NCBI GenBank assembly: GCA_030689665.1
Contig: JAUYFS010000014.1
Coordinates: 1-52,590, forward strand
DNA length: 52,590 nt
Direction: 5' to 3'
Source: a bacterium
GTDB taxonomy: Bacteria; Patescibacteriota; Minisyncoccia; Minisyncoccales; JAUYFS01
This document shows positions 8,521 through 17,167 of this stretch, one piece after another. The notes under the pieces are model-generated. The model had not been told where the DNA came from, searched no databases, and saw only the letters and a program-made list of their open reading frames with translations. Each line of letters begins with the position of its first letter. The stretch's first letter is position 1. Made by a program: the position numbers and the translations under genes.

Positions 8521-8674
8521 TTTTCATTTTACATTTTTCGCTTTGCATTTTACATTTCTTTTGTTTTGCGTTTTTCGTTTTACATTTTGCGTTTTGACTT
8601 TTGACATTTAAGTTTATGCTTCATGCTTTATGCTTCATGTTTCAGGTTTCATGTTTCATGCTTCATGATTTTCT
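8521..8674. repeat. Array of 22 consecutive degenerate heptads (T-tract heptads, then ATGCTTC/ATGTTTC heptads)
   Basis: Manual phasing gives ttttcat|tttacat|ttttcgc|tttgcat|tttacat|...|cttcatg|ctttatg|cttcatg|tttcagg|tttcatg|tttcatg|cttcatg with no slip in the 7-nt register. Confidence 0.75.
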
Positions 8675-8677
8675 GCC

Positions 8678-8706
8678 TTGACACAAAAAATTTCTTTTGT
8701 TAAGGT
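8678..8706 (+). promoter_or_regulatory. Possible rpsL operon promoter (TTGACA-17-TAAGGT)
   Basis: TTGACA at 8678-8683. The -10 candidate TAAGGT at 8701-8706 is imperfect. Confidence 0.4.
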
Positions 8707-8740
8707 AAAAATAATTAGCGCATAAGCGCTGTTTTAAATT

Positions 8741-8810
8741 AAATTCACCTTGTTAAATACTGCTTCGCAGTAATTTCGCTGAAAGCGAAATTATTTAACA
8801 GGGTAAAAAA
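8741..8810 (+). promoter_or_regulatory. rpsL 5' leader hairpin, a diverged member of the anti-SD/SD palindrome family
   Basis: ACCTTGTTAAATA (8747-8759) pairs with TATTTAACAGGGT (8792-8804) with one T-G pair. It encloses two small hairpins (CTGC-TTCG-CAG; AATTTCGCT-GAA-AGCGAAATT). The right arm ends 7 nt before ATG 8812. Confidence 0.55.
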
Positions 8811-8811
8811 T

Positions 8812-9243
8812 ATGCCGACAATTCACCAGTTAATGAAAAGGCCAAGAAAACAAATGAAAAAGCGCCACAAAGCGCCTGCTTTGTCATTTGCTTTTAATGT
8901 TTTAAAAAACAGGCCAAAAGATTTTCCTTCTTCTTTTAAAAGAGGCGTTTGCGTCAAGGTTTTTACCATGACTCCGAAAAAACCAAACTCTGCTTTGAGA
9001 AAAGTGGCAAGGGTCCGTTTAACAAATGGAATGGAGGTTACTGCCTATATTCCGGGAGTGGGACATAATCTTCAAGAGCACGCGGTTGTTTTAATCAGGG
9101 GCGGAAGGGTTAAAGATTTGCCTGGCGTCAGATACCACATTGTCAGGGGAATTTTGGACACTTCCGGAGTTGAAGGAAGAAAAACATCAAGAAGTTTATA
9201 CGGCGCCAAAAAAGGCAAAGGCGGCGGTTCGGCTAAAAAATAA
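8812..9243 (+). CDS. rpsL: 30S ribosomal protein S12
   Basis: MPTIHQL...[16 protein letters not shown]...[10 protein letters not shown] are classic S12 blocks. Confidence 0.97.
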   Translation: MPTIHQLMKRPRKQMKKRHKAPALSFAFNVLKNRPKDFPSSFKRGVCVKVFTMTPKKPNSALRKVARVRLTNGMEVTAYIPGVGHNLQEHAVVLIRGGRVKDLPGVRYHIVRGILDTSGVEGRKTSRSLYGAKKGKGGGSAKK

Positions 9244-9252
9244 AAAATTATT

Positions 9253-9723
9253 ATGGCAAGAAGAAAAAAAGCAGTAAAAAGAGACATAACTCCAGACCCG
9301 GTTTTTAACAGCGTCAGGGTTGAAAAGTTTATAAACCATATAATGGAAAAAGGGAAAAAATCCACAGCAAGGACGATTTTTTACAATGCTTGCGAAATAA
9401 TCAAAAACAAATCCAAGAAAGACCCTCTGGATGTTTTTGAAGAGGCCTTGAAAAATGTTGCGCCAATAATGGAGGTTAAGGCAAAAAGAATCGGCGGAGC
9501 CAAATATCAGGTGCCGATTGAGGTTAGGCCGGAAAGAAAAATAAGTTTGTCTATGAGATGGATAATCGGAGCTGCCAGAGCCAAAAAAGGAAAACCAATG
9601 CGAGAAAAATTAGCTCAGGAACTTTTGGAGGCCTCACAAAACACGGGAACTGCCGTTAAAAAGAAAGAAACAATGCACAGAATGGCAGAGGCGAACAAGG
9701 CGTTCGCGCATTTTGCGAGATAA
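9253..9723 (+). CDS. rpsG: 30S ribosomal protein S7
   Basis: PDPVFNS...KAKRIGGAKYQVPIEVRPERK...MHRMAEANKAFAHF. Confidence 0.97.
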   Translation: MARRKKAVKRDITPDPVFNSVRVEKFINHIMEKGKKSTARTIFYNACEIIKNKSKKDPLDVFEEALKNVAPIMEVKAKRIGGAKYQVPIEVRPERKISLSMRWIIGAARAKKGKPMREKLAQELLEASQNTGTAVKKKETMHRMAEANKAFAHFAR

Positions 9724-9765
9724 AAAAACGCAAAGCGCAAAGCGAAAAACGAAAAATAAATAAAA
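9724..9765. repeat. Heptad repeat array (aaaaacg|caaagcg|caaagcg|aaaaacg|aaaaata|aataaaa) in the rpsG-fusA spacer
   Basis: 7-nt register verified by hand. It is the complement orientation of the cgttttt/cgctttg heptads at 8535-8600. Confidence 0.6.
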
Positions 9766-9774
9766 TAATTTAAA

Positions 9775-11880
9775 ATGGACAGGGCTTATCCTTTGGATAA
9801 ATACAGAAACATTGGAATTATCGCGCACATTGACGCCGGGAAAACAACAACAACGGAGAGGGTTTTGTTTTACACCGGAATTTCTCACAAAATCGGCGAG
9901 GTTCACGACGGAGAAGCGATTATGGATTGGATGGAACAGGAAAGAGAAAGAGGGATTACAATTACCGCCGCAGCGACAACTTGTTTTTGGACGCCAAGCG
10001 ATTTGGAAAAGAAAAAAGAAAACGAATTCAGAATAAATATCATTGACACTCCGGGACATATTGATTTTACGGTTGAAGTCCAGAGGTCTTTAAGAGTTTT
10101 GGACGGAGCTGTTGTCGTTTTTGACGGGGTTGCGGGCGTGGAACCGCAATCAGAAACAGTTTGGCGCCAGGCGGACAAGTTTGGCGTGCCAAGAGTTTGT
10201 TTTATAAACAAACTTGACAGGATGGGCGCTGATTTTGAAAAAAGCGCTGATTCAATTTTTAAAAAATTAACACCCTACGCAATAATTTTACAGCTTCCGA
10301 TTGGAAGTGAGGAAAAGTTTAGCGGAATTATAGACCTTTTGAAAATGAAGGCGTTGTATTTTGAGGGCGAAAAAGGAGAAAACATGATTGAAAAAGAAAT
10401 TCCGCAAGAACTTCAAATTAAAGCTGAAAAATTCAGGGAAAAAATGGTTGAGAAAATCGCGGGAGAAGACGAAAATTTAACAAGCAAATTTTTGAAAGGC
10501 GAGGAAATTTCCAAGGAAGAACTTAAAAAAACTCTCAGGAAAGCTGTTTTGAACAATAAATTAAATCCAATTCTTTGCGGCTCTTCTTTAAAAAATAAAG
10601 GAGTTCAACTAATGCTTGACGCTGTTTGCGATTATTTGCCAAGTCCGGTTGATTTGCCGCCCGCGCAGGGAACCAATCCTCAAACAGGAGAAATTGTTGA
10701 GAGAAAAGCGTCTGACGACGAGCCGTTCGCTGCCTTGGCTTTTAAAATCGCTTCAGACCCTTTTGTCGGGAGTTTAACCTATTTCAGGGTTTATTCGGGA
10801 AAATTAGTCAAAGGTTCTTATGTTGTAAACTCAACTACCGGCGGAAAAGAAAGAATAGGCAGAATTATAAGAATGCACGCAAACCACAGAGAAGAAGTTG
10901 ATGATGTTTTTGCCGGCGATTTGGCTGCGACAATCGGCATGAAAAATACCAGAACGGGAAACACGCTTTGCGACGAAAACAATCCGATTGTTTTGGAACA
11001 GATTTCTTTTCCAGAGCCGGTTATTTCAATTAAAATTGAACCCAAGACAAAAGCTGACCAGGAAAAATTGGGAACATCTTTGAAAAAATTGTCAGACGAA
11101 GACCCGACCTTCAGGGTTTCCACAAATCAGGAAACCGGAGAAACGATAATTTCCGGAATGGGAGAATTACATCTGGAAATTATCGCTGACAGGTTAAAAA
11201 GAGAGTTTAATGTTGACGCTGCCGTGGGAAGACCGCAAGTTGCTTATAAAGAAACAATCAAAGAGTCAATCCAGTCAGAAGGAAAATACATCAGGCAGTC
11301 AGGAGGCAGGGGCCAATACGGGCATGTAAAAATAAGAATTGAGCCAATGCCAAGAGGCAAGGGTTTTGAATTTGTTAATGAAATCAGGGGAGGAATTATT
11401 CCCGGTGAATTTATTCCGCCGGTTGAAAAAGGAGTAAAAGAAGCGATGGACAAGGGAATTTTGGCCGGATTTCCCATGGTTGATATGAAGGTTAGTTTGT
11501 ATGACGGTTCGTTCCACGAGGTTGATTCTTCTGAAATCGCTTTTAAAATCGCCGCCAGCCAAGCGTTGCAAGACGGCGCGAAAAAGTGCAAACCAATTCT
11601 TTTGGAGCCGATTATGAGATTGGAAGTCATTGTGCCTGAGGAATACTTTGGAGACATTATCGGCGATTTGAGTTCCCGCAGAGGGAAAATTGAGGAAACT
11701 TTTGACAGATTGAATTTGAAAGTTATTGACGCTTTTGTTCCTTTGGTGGAAATGTTCGGATATGCGACAATTATAAGGTCAATTACTCAAGGCAGAGGAA
11801 CATTTACCATGGAATTTGACCAATATCAGGAGACTCCCGGAAATATCGCCCAAGAAATTATTGAAGGCAAAAGAAAATAA
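9775..11880 (+). CDS. fusA: Elongation factor G
   Basis: [29 protein letters not shown] and NKLDR GTPase motifs; 701 aa. Confidence 0.97.
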   Translation: MDRAYPLDKYRNIGIIAHIDAGKTTTTERVLFYTGISHKIGEVHDGEAIMDWMEQERERGITITAAATTCFWTPSDLEKKKENEFRINIIDTPGHIDFTVEVQRSLRVLDGAVVVFDGVAGVEPQSETVWRQADKFGVPRVCFINKLDRMGADFEKSADSIFKKLTPYAIILQLPIGSEEKFSGIIDLLKMKALYFEGEKGENMIEKEIPQELQIKAEKFREKMVEKIAGEDENLTSKFLKGEEISKEELKKTLRKAVLNNKLNPILCGSSLKNKGVQLMLDAVCDYLPSPVDLPPAQGTNPQTGEIVERKASDDEPFAALAFKIASDPFVGSLTYFRVYSGKLVKGSYVVNSTTGGKERIGRIIRMHANHREEVDDVFAGDLAATIGMKNTRTGNTLCDENNPIVLEQISFPEPVISIKIEPKTKADQEKLGTSLKKLSDEDPTFRVSTNQETGETIISGMGELHLEIIADRLKREFNVDAAVGRPQVAYKETIKESIQSEGKYIRQSGGRGQYGHVKIRIEPMPRGKGFEFVNEIRGGIIPGEFIPPVEKGVKEAMDKGILAGFPMVDMKVSLYDGSFHEVDSSEIAFKIAASQALQDGAKKCKPILLEPIMRLEVIVPEEYFGDIIGDLSSRRGKIEETFDRLNLKVIDAFVPLVEMFGYATIIRSITQGRGTFTMEFDQYQETPGNIAQEIIEGKRK

Positions 11881-11889
11881 TTTAATAAT

Positions 11890-12162
11890 ATGGATTTAAA
11901 AACCTTAAGAGACATAATTGAGAAAGATGAGGGCAAAATATTTGTTTATGAAGAAGGCAAACCGCTTTTGGTTTTGATGAATTTTGATGTTTATAAAAAA
12001 TTAGTGAATAAAAATTTTAAAGAAGATGAAAAAGAAAAACCAGCGGGGAAAAGCATTGTTGATTTGATAACAAGAAAGGAAGAAAAACCGGAAAAGCCGG
12101 AAATTCAAGAAGAAACTAATGAAACAGGAGAAGATTTGGATATAGATGATTTGAACCTTTAA
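11890..12162 (+). CDS. Small acidic-tailed protein with a Phd/YefM-antitoxin-like N-terminal domain, inserted between fusA and tuf
   Basis: LKTLRDIIEKDEGKIFVYEEGKPLLVLMNFDVYKKL resembles the Phd/YefM beta-alpha N-domain. The C-terminal half is an E/K/P-rich disordered tail ending DLDIDDLNL. There is no adjacent toxin ORF. Confidence 0.4.
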   Translation: MDLKTLRDIIEKDEGKIFVYEEGKPLLVLMNFDVYKKLVNKNFKEDEKEKPAGKSIVDLITRKEEKPEKPEIQEETNETGEDLDIDDLNL

Positions 12163-12170
12163 TGTATTAA

Positions 12171-12238
12171 CCCGCCTCCGCCCCTAAGGGCTTCGGCGAG
12201 GCAAAGCCCGCCTCCGCCCCTGAGGGCTTCGGCGAGGC
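12171..12238. repeat. Tandem duplication of a 32-nt GC-rich palindromic unit (REP-like)
   Basis: CCCGCCTCCGCCCCTAAGGGCTTCGGCGAGGC (12171-12202), AAAG, then the same unit with one A-to-G change (12207-12238). Confidence 0.8.
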
Positions 12239-12242
12239 GATG

Positions 12243-12271
12243 TTGACAAAAAACTTTATTTTCCTTATTAT
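12243..12271 (+). promoter_or_regulatory. tuf promoter (TTGACA-17-TATTAT)
   Basis: TTGACA at 12243-12248, a 17-nt spacer, and TATTAT at 12266-12271. Confidence 0.6.
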
Positions 12272-12298
12272 TACTTTTAACACTTTGTTTTTTAAAAA

Positions 12299-12344
12299 AT
12301 TTACCCTCCCAAATTTTTCTACAAAAAACTTAGGAGGGTGAAAA
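12299..12344 (+). repeat. Anti-SD/SD palindromic element, short form (copy A). No canonical ATG follows.
   Basis: TTACCCTCCCAAATTTTT-CTAC-AAAAAACTTAGGAGGGTG. A possible TTG-initiated 16-codon uORF lies at 12347-12397. Confidence 0.7.
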
Positions 12345-12420
12345 GGTTGAAAAAAGAGCTTTGTTTCTCAATTTTTAAGGAATTGGGAGCAGGATAAAAA
12401 AATAATTAAAATTAATAATT

Positions 12421-12473
12421 AATAAATTCACCCTCCAAAATTTTTCTGCGAAAAACTTAGGAGGGTAAAAAAA
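12421..12473 (+). repeat. Anti-SD/SD palindromic element, short form (copy B), providing the tuf RBS
   Basis: AATAAATTCACCCTCCAAAATTTTTCTGCGAAAAACTTAGGAGGGTAAAAAAA. It is 53/53 identical to 43949-44001 and ends 2 nt before the tuf ATG. Confidence 0.85.
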
Positions 12474-12475
12474 AT

Positions 12476-13675
12476 ATGGCAGAAAAAGAAAAATTTGAAA
12501 GGAGTAAGTTGCATGTTAATGTCGGAACCATTGGCCATGTTGACCATGGAAAAACCACATTAACCGCGGCAATTCTAAAAGCCCTGAAATTAAAAGGTTT
12601 TAAGGCCTCAGAAAAATCAGTAGACCAGATTGACGGCACACCGGAAGAAAGAGCAAGGGGAATTACCATTGCTATTTGTCATGTGGAATATGAAAGCGAC
12701 AAAAGGCACTATGCTCACATTGATTGTCCGGGACACGCTGATTACATTAAGAACATGATTACCGGCGCTGCCCAGATGGACGGAGCGGTTTTGGTGGTCT
12801 CTGCCGCTGATGGTCCTATGCCGCAGACAAGAGAGCACATTCTTTTGGCAAGGCAGGTAGGAGTTCCGGCGCTAGTTGTTTTCTTAAATAAAGTTGACCA
12901 GGTTGATGACCTGGAACTGATTGATTTGGTTGAATCAGAAGTTAGGGAATTACTGAAAAAATATGAATTCCCCGGGGATGAAATTCCCATTATTCGCGGT
13001 TCAGCCCTTAAGGCCTTAGACGCGACTGTTGCTGACGATGAAGCGCTAAAACCAATTTATCAATTGGTAGAAGCCATAGACAACCACATTCCCGACCCAA
13101 AAAGAGACACTGAAAAGCCGTTTTTGATGGCTATTGAAGATGTCTTTTCCATAGAAGGGCGCGGAACAGTGGTCACGGGCAGAATTGAGAGAGGGATTGT
13201 AAAAGCCAACGAAGAAGTGGAAATGGTTGGTTTGAGAGATACCCAGAAAACAACCGCAGTTTCAATTGAAATGTTCAACAAGATTTTAGACGAAGGAAGA
13301 GCAGGTGAAAACGTTGGAATTCTTTTGAGAGGTTTGAAAAAAGAGGACGTGGAAAGAGGACAAGTTTTGGCAAAACCAGGGTCAATCACTCCCCACACAG
13401 ATTTTGAAGCGCAGGTTTATATTTTGGGCAAAGAAGAAGGCGGACGCCACACCCCGTTTTTCAACGGGTATAAACCCCAGTTTTACATCAGAACGACTGA
13501 TGTTACCGGCGATGTAGTTTTGCCGGAAGGAACAGAAATGGTTATGCCGGGCGACACGGTTAATTTGAAAATTAAATTGTTAAAACCGATTGCCATGGAA
13601 GAGCAGTTAAGATTTGCTATCAGAGAGGGCGGAAAGACAGTCGGCGCAGGGGTTGTCACAAAGATTACCAAATAA
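12476..13675 (+). CDS. tuf: Elongation factor Tu
   Basis: [26 protein letters not shown]; 399 aa. Confidence 0.98.
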   Translation: MAEKEKFERSKLHVNVGTIGHVDHGKTTLTAAILKALKLKGFKASEKSVDQIDGTPEERARGITIAICHVEYESDKRHYAHIDCPGHADYIKNMITGAAQMDGAVLVVSAADGPMPQTREHILLARQVGVPALVVFLNKVDQVDDLELIDLVESEVRELLKKYEFPGDEIPIIRGSALKALDATVADDEALKPIYQLVEAIDNHIPDPKRDTEKPFLMAIEDVFSIEGRGTVVTGRIERGIVKANEEVEMVGLRDTQKTTAVSIEMFNKILDEGRAGENVGILLRGLKKEDVERGQVLAKPGSITPHTDFEAQVYILGKEEGGRHTPFFNGYKPQFYIRTTDVTGDVVLPEGTEMVMPGDTVNLKIKLLKPIAMEEQLRFAIREGGKTVGAGVVTKITK

Positions 13676-13685
13676 ATTGTTTTTT

Positions 13686-14030
13686 ATGGAAGCGGTTAAG
13701 AAAGAAAAAAAAGAAGCTGTTGTTAAACCAAGGCTAAGGATAAAACTCAGGTCCTTTGATGATAAAGTCATTGGCAAAAGCGCCAAGGAAATAATTGAGG
13801 TTCTTTTAAGAGAAGGAGCTCAAGTCAAAGGACCTGTTCCTTTGCCTACTGAAAAGGAAAAATACACGGTGAATCGTTCAACCTTTGTTCATAAAGATTC
13901 AAGGGAGCAGTTTGAAACGAGAATTCACAAACGCTTGATAGAAGTTGATAATATCAATCCGAGAATTATTGATTCTTTGAAGAATTTGAATCTTCCGGCC
14001 GGCGTTGACATAGAAATAAAGATGGTTTAA
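13686..14030 (+). CDS. rpsJ: 30S ribosomal protein S10
   Basis: RLRIKLRSFD...GPVPLPTEKEKYTVNRSTFVHKDSREQFE. I chose ATG 13686, in frame with the track ORF, because the 13614 start overlaps tuf. Confidence 0.93.
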   Translation: MEAVKKEKKEAVVKPRLRIKLRSFDDKVIGKSAKEIIEVLLREGAQVKGPVPLPTEKEKYTVNRSTFVHKDSREQFETRIHKRLIEVDNINPRIIDSLKNLNLPAGVDIEIKMV

Positions 14031-14039
14031 TTGAAATGG

Positions 14040-14066
14040 CCCGCCTAGACGGCGAGGCTGGCGAGG
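14040..14066. repeat. Short GC-rich element with duplicated GGCGAGG, related to the CCCGCC...GGCGAGGC units
   Basis: CCCGCCTAGACGGCGAGGCTGGCGAGG lies directly after the rpsJ stop. Its ends are shared with the 12171 unit. Confidence 0.4.
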
Positions 14067-14092
14067 ATAAAGACATTGTAAAAACACAACTT

Positions 14093-14167
14093 GCTATAAC
14101 CTAACGGATATATCGAACTAATGTTCGCTATAACCTAACGGATATATCGAACTAATGTTCGCTATAA
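14093..14167. repeat. Perfect 34-nt tandem direct repeat, 2.2 copies, in the rpsJ-rplC spacer
   Basis: GCTATAACCTAACGGATATATCGAACTAATGTTC at 14093-14126 and 14127-14160, then the partial unit GCTATAA. Each unit contains the hairpin CGAAC-TAAT-GTTCG. Confidence 0.9.
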
Positions 14168-14231
14168 GTTTTTTTTGTTTATATTGGTTGTTATCAAAAA
14201 TATATGAGATATAGTGCTTTATGTTAAAAAT

Positions 14232-14846
14232 ATGGAAAAATTTATTCTAGGCAAAAAAATAGAGATGACGCAGATTTTTGAAGGCGAAAAAGTTATTCCG
14301 GTTACGCTAATTAAAGCGGGTCCTTGTTTTATTACCCAGATTAAAACAAAAGACAAGGACGGATATCAAGCAGTTCAGATTGCTTTTGACGAAATAAAAA
14401 AGCTTGGAAAGGCGGTTTTGGGACAAATGAGAGGATTGGGAAAATTTCGCTATCTAAAAGAGTTTAGGGCAAAACAACCGGCTGAAAATTCTTTTAAAGT
14501 TGGAGACAAAATTGACGTTTCTGTTTTTCAAATTGGAGACAAGGTAAGCGTAATCGGGGTTTCAAAAGGAAAAGGATTTCAGGGCGGCGTAAAAAGATGG
14601 GGTTTCTCGGGAAGAAACGCCACTCATGGAGTAAAACACGAACACAGAACCATTGGTTCGGTAGGAATGCGTTTTCCGCAAAGAGTTATTAAGGGAAGAA
14701 GAATGCCGGGAAGAATGGGCGTGGAAAGGGTAACCATTAAAAATTTGAAGATAATCAAAATTGACAAAGAAAATAATTTGTTTGCGATTGAGGGAGCGGT
14801 TCCCGGAGCGAGAGGAACGCTTTTGGAAATCAAAACCGAGAAATAG
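14232..14846 (+). CDS. rplC: 50S ribosomal protein L3
   Basis: MEKFILGKKIEMTQIF...GKGFQGGVKRWGF. ATG 14232 is preferred over the upstream GTG 14214. Confidence 0.95.
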   Translation: MEKFILGKKIEMTQIFEGEKVIPVTLIKAGPCFITQIKTKDKDGYQAVQIAFDEIKKLGKAVLGQMRGLGKFRYLKEFRAKQPAENSFKVGDKIDVSVFQIGDKVSVIGVSKGKGFQGGVKRWGFSGRNATHGVKHEHRTIGSVGMRFPQRVIKGRRMPGRMGVERVTIKNLKIIKIDKENNLFAIEGAVPGARGTLLEIKTEK

Positions 14847-14858
14847 CAAGAATTTTTT

Positions 14859-15512
14859 ATGAAAATAAAAGTTTACAATCAAAAAGGCGAAGAAACAGAA
14901 ATGATGGCAGTGCCCAAAGAAATTTTTGGAGTTGATTTTAATTCGGATTTGATTTATGAGGTTCAGCGTTCGCAAATGGCTAACAGAAGAAAAATAATCG
15001 CTCATACTAAAAATAGGGGAGAAGTTTCCGGCGGAGGCAAAAAGCCGTGGGCGCAAAAAGGAACGGGAAGAGCAAGGCACGGTTCCATCAGGTCTCCGAT
15101 TTGGAGAAAAGGCGGAGTTGTTTTTGGGCCCAGAAAAGAAAAAAACTTTAAGCAAAAAATAAACAAAAAAACCAAGGTAAAGGCTTTATTTATGGTTTTG
15201 AGCCAAAAAGTAAGGGATAATGAGCTTTTGGTTCTTGATAAAATTGACTTAAAAGAATTCAAAACAAAATTTGTAGCGGAAATTTTAAAAAATTTAGGCG
15301 CTTTAAATAAATCAATAATTATAAGCTTGGAAAAAGGCATCAAAGATAATCAAGATAAAATTATTTTAGCTTCAAGGAACATAAATCGCGTAAAATTACT
15401 CCCGATAGAGGACTTGAACGCGCTTGATTTATTGTCGGTAAAATTTTTAATTTTAACAAAATCAGGAATAAATAAGATGAGTCAAGCTTATATTGACAAA
15501 AAAGATAACTAA
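14859..15512 (+). CDS. rplD: 50S ribosomal protein L4
   Basis: GGGKKPWAQKGTGRARHGSIRSPIWRKGGVVFGP. Confidence 0.96.
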   Translation: MKIKVYNQKGEETEMMAVPKEIFGVDFNSDLIYEVQRSQMANRRKIIAHTKNRGEVSGGGKKPWAQKGTGRARHGSIRSPIWRKGGVVFGPRKEKNFKQKINKKTKVKALFMVLSQKVRDNELLVLDKIDLKEFKTKFVAEILKNLGALNKSIIISLEKGIKDNQDKIILASRNINRVKLLPIEDLNALDLLSVKFLILTKSGINKMSQAYIDKKDN

Positions 15513-15523
15513 TTTTACAATAT

Positions 15524-15985
15524 ATGACATTGCTCGGAAAAATTTTTAAAACTGAAGAAAAGAAACCGGAAAAAAAAGAAAAACCAGAAAAGAAAGAAAT
15601 TAAAGAAAAAAAAGAAGCGATAAAAAAAGAAACGGAAATAACGCCGGCTGTTGCCGTTAAGAAAACAAAAATTAAGGATTTTGAGCAGAAAAAAATACAT
15701 CCGTTTTTGGATAAAATCTTGGTATCCGCTCAAATCACTGAAAAAGCCGCGGCTTTGGCGGAAAAAAACCAATATGTTTTTAAAGTGGGCGATACTGCCA
15801 ATAAATCAGAAATAAAAAAAGCGGTGGAACAGACATTTGGAGTAATGGTTGTAAGCGTCAAAATAACAAAAGTCCCTTCAAAAAGAAAAAAAATAAAAGG
15901 CCGGTTCAAGGGTTTGAAACAAGGATACAAAAAAGCGATTGTAAGATTAAAAGAAGGGCAAACAATTGAATTATTGCCAAGATAA
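15524..15985 (+). CDS. rplW: 50S ribosomal protein L23 with a roughly 55-aa K/E-rich N-terminal extension
   Basis: The core ILVSAQITEKAA...YVFKVGDTANKSEIKKAVEQTFGV...KKAIVRLKEGQ follows the low-complexity stretch EEKKPEKKEKPEKKEIKEKKEAIKKE. Confidence 0.9.
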   Translation: MTLLGKIFKTEEKKPEKKEKPEKKEIKEKKEAIKKETEITPAVAVKKTKIKDFEQKKIHPFLDKILVSAQITEKAAALAEKNQYVFKVGDTANKSEIKKAVEQTFGVMVVSVKITKVPSKRKKIKGRFKGLKQGYKKAIVRLKEGQTIELLPR

Positions 15986-15998
15986 AAATATTTGAATT

Positions 15999-16835
15999 AT
16001 GAAATACGTAAAACCAACATCAGCGGGAAGAAGAAATATGACTTTTGCGGACTATTCAATTTTAACCAAGAAAAAACCGGAAAAGGGGCTTTTGGTTTCC
16101 AAGAAAAATACTGGCGGAAGAGGAGCAGGGGGAAGAATAACCTTGAGATTTAGGGGCAGCGGTAATAAAAGAATGTATAGAATGATTGATTTTGGCCAGG
16201 GAAAAATCAATATTCCGGGCAAGGTTGTTTCAATTGAATATGACCCTTATAGAAGCGGTTTTATCGCTTTGGTCCAGTACAAAGACGGCGAAAAAAGATA
16301 CATTTTAGCCCCGGACAAATTAGCGGTTAATCAGGAAATTATTATTTCTGAAAAAGCTGAAATAACAGTTGGAAACAGGATAAAATTGAAAAATATTCCA
16401 GTTGGAACAATTATTTATAATATTGAACTTCAGCCAAATCAAGGCGGAAGAATAGTCAGGAGCGCCGGGAGCGGAGCAGAGATTTTAAGCCACGACGAGA
16501 AATACACGCTTTTGAAAATGCCTTCAAAAGAAGAGAGAAAAATTTTAGGAGAGTGTTTTGCTTCAATCGGAATGGTTTCCAAGCCAGAACACAGATTTAT
16601 TATTATTGGCAAGGCGGGAAGGTCCAGAGCCAAAGGAAGAAGGCCGCGCGTCAGGGGTTCGGTTATGAATCCTTGCGACCATCCGCATGGAGGAGGAGAA
16701 GGAAGAACTGGAATTGGTTTGAAACATCCAAAAACTCCTTGGGGCAAGCCGGCTAAAGGAGTTAAAACAAGAAAAAGAAAAAAATGGACAAACAAATTAA
16801 TTTTAAGAAGAAGAAAAGTAATAAAAACAACTTAA
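15999..16835 (+). CDS. rplB: 50S ribosomal protein L2
   Basis: [24 protein letters not shown]. Confidence 0.97.
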   Translation: MKYVKPTSAGRRNMTFADYSILTKKKPEKGLLVSKKNTGGRGAGGRITLRFRGSGNKRMYRMIDFGQGKINIPGKVVSIEYDPYRSGFIALVQYKDGEKRYILAPDKLAVNQEIIISEKAEITVGNRIKLKNIPVGTIIYNIELQPNQGGRIVRSAGSGAEILSHDEKYTLLKMPSKEERKILGECFASIGMVSKPEHRFIIIGKAGRSRAKGRRPRVRGSVMNPCDHPHGGGEGRTGIGLKHPKTPWGKPAKGVKTRKRKKWTNKLILRRRKVIKTT

Positions 16836-16848
16836 AGAAATTTTCACT

Positions 16849-17166
16849 ATGTCAAGATCGTTAAAAAAAGGGCCATTTATAGATGAAAAGCTTTTGAAAA
16901 AAATGAAAAAGGTCAAACCTGGAGACAAGGTTGTTATTAAGACCTGGACCAGGGATTGTTCTATTACTCCGGAAATGATTGATTATACCTTTGGAGTTTA
17001 TAACGGGAAAGAACATATTGTTGTTTATATCACAGAAGAAATGGTTGGCCACAAGTTGGGAGAATTCGCGCCAACCACAAAATTTGTGAGACACGGAGGC
17101 AGATTGCAGAGAGAAATTGAAAGCAAACAAGAATCAGCTGAAACTGAAAAATTAAAGAAAGAATAA
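16849..17166 (+). CDS. rpsS: 30S ribosomal protein S19
   Basis: [11 protein letters not shown]...[10 protein letters not shown]. Confidence 0.96.
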   Translation: MSRSLKKGPFIDEKLLKKMKKVKPGDKVVIKTWTRDCSITPEMIDYTFGVYNGKEHIVVYITEEMVGHKLGEFAPTTKFVRHGGRLQREIESKQESAETEKLKKE

Positions 17167-17167
17167 T

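Noticed and set aside
13614-13685. Upstream-extended starts in the ORF track: rpsJ 13614, rplC 14214, ORF 32286, alaS 32622, rpoA 38034, rplM 39567, rpsI 39886 and murA 42649
   Set aside because: Each extension overlaps the preceding conserved gene or adds non-homologous residues. Downstream in-frame ATGs match the conserved N-termini and sit just after the previous stop.
14093-14167. Possible CRISPR array (also considered for 12171-12238 and the heptad arrays)
   Set aside because: The repeats are directly tandem with no unique spacers. There are only about 2 units (or 7-nt units), and no cas genes are adjacent.
14562-15155. Long antisense ORFs within ribosomal and translation genes (for example 14562-15155, 18397-18843, 9634-10059, 11244-11657, 5549-5947 and 49338-49769, all minus strand)
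   Set aside because: They lie fully inside highly conserved + strand genes. Their composition (F/S/L/K-rich, or mirror low-complexity) is typical of antisense frames in AT-rich DNA. There are no independent start signals.
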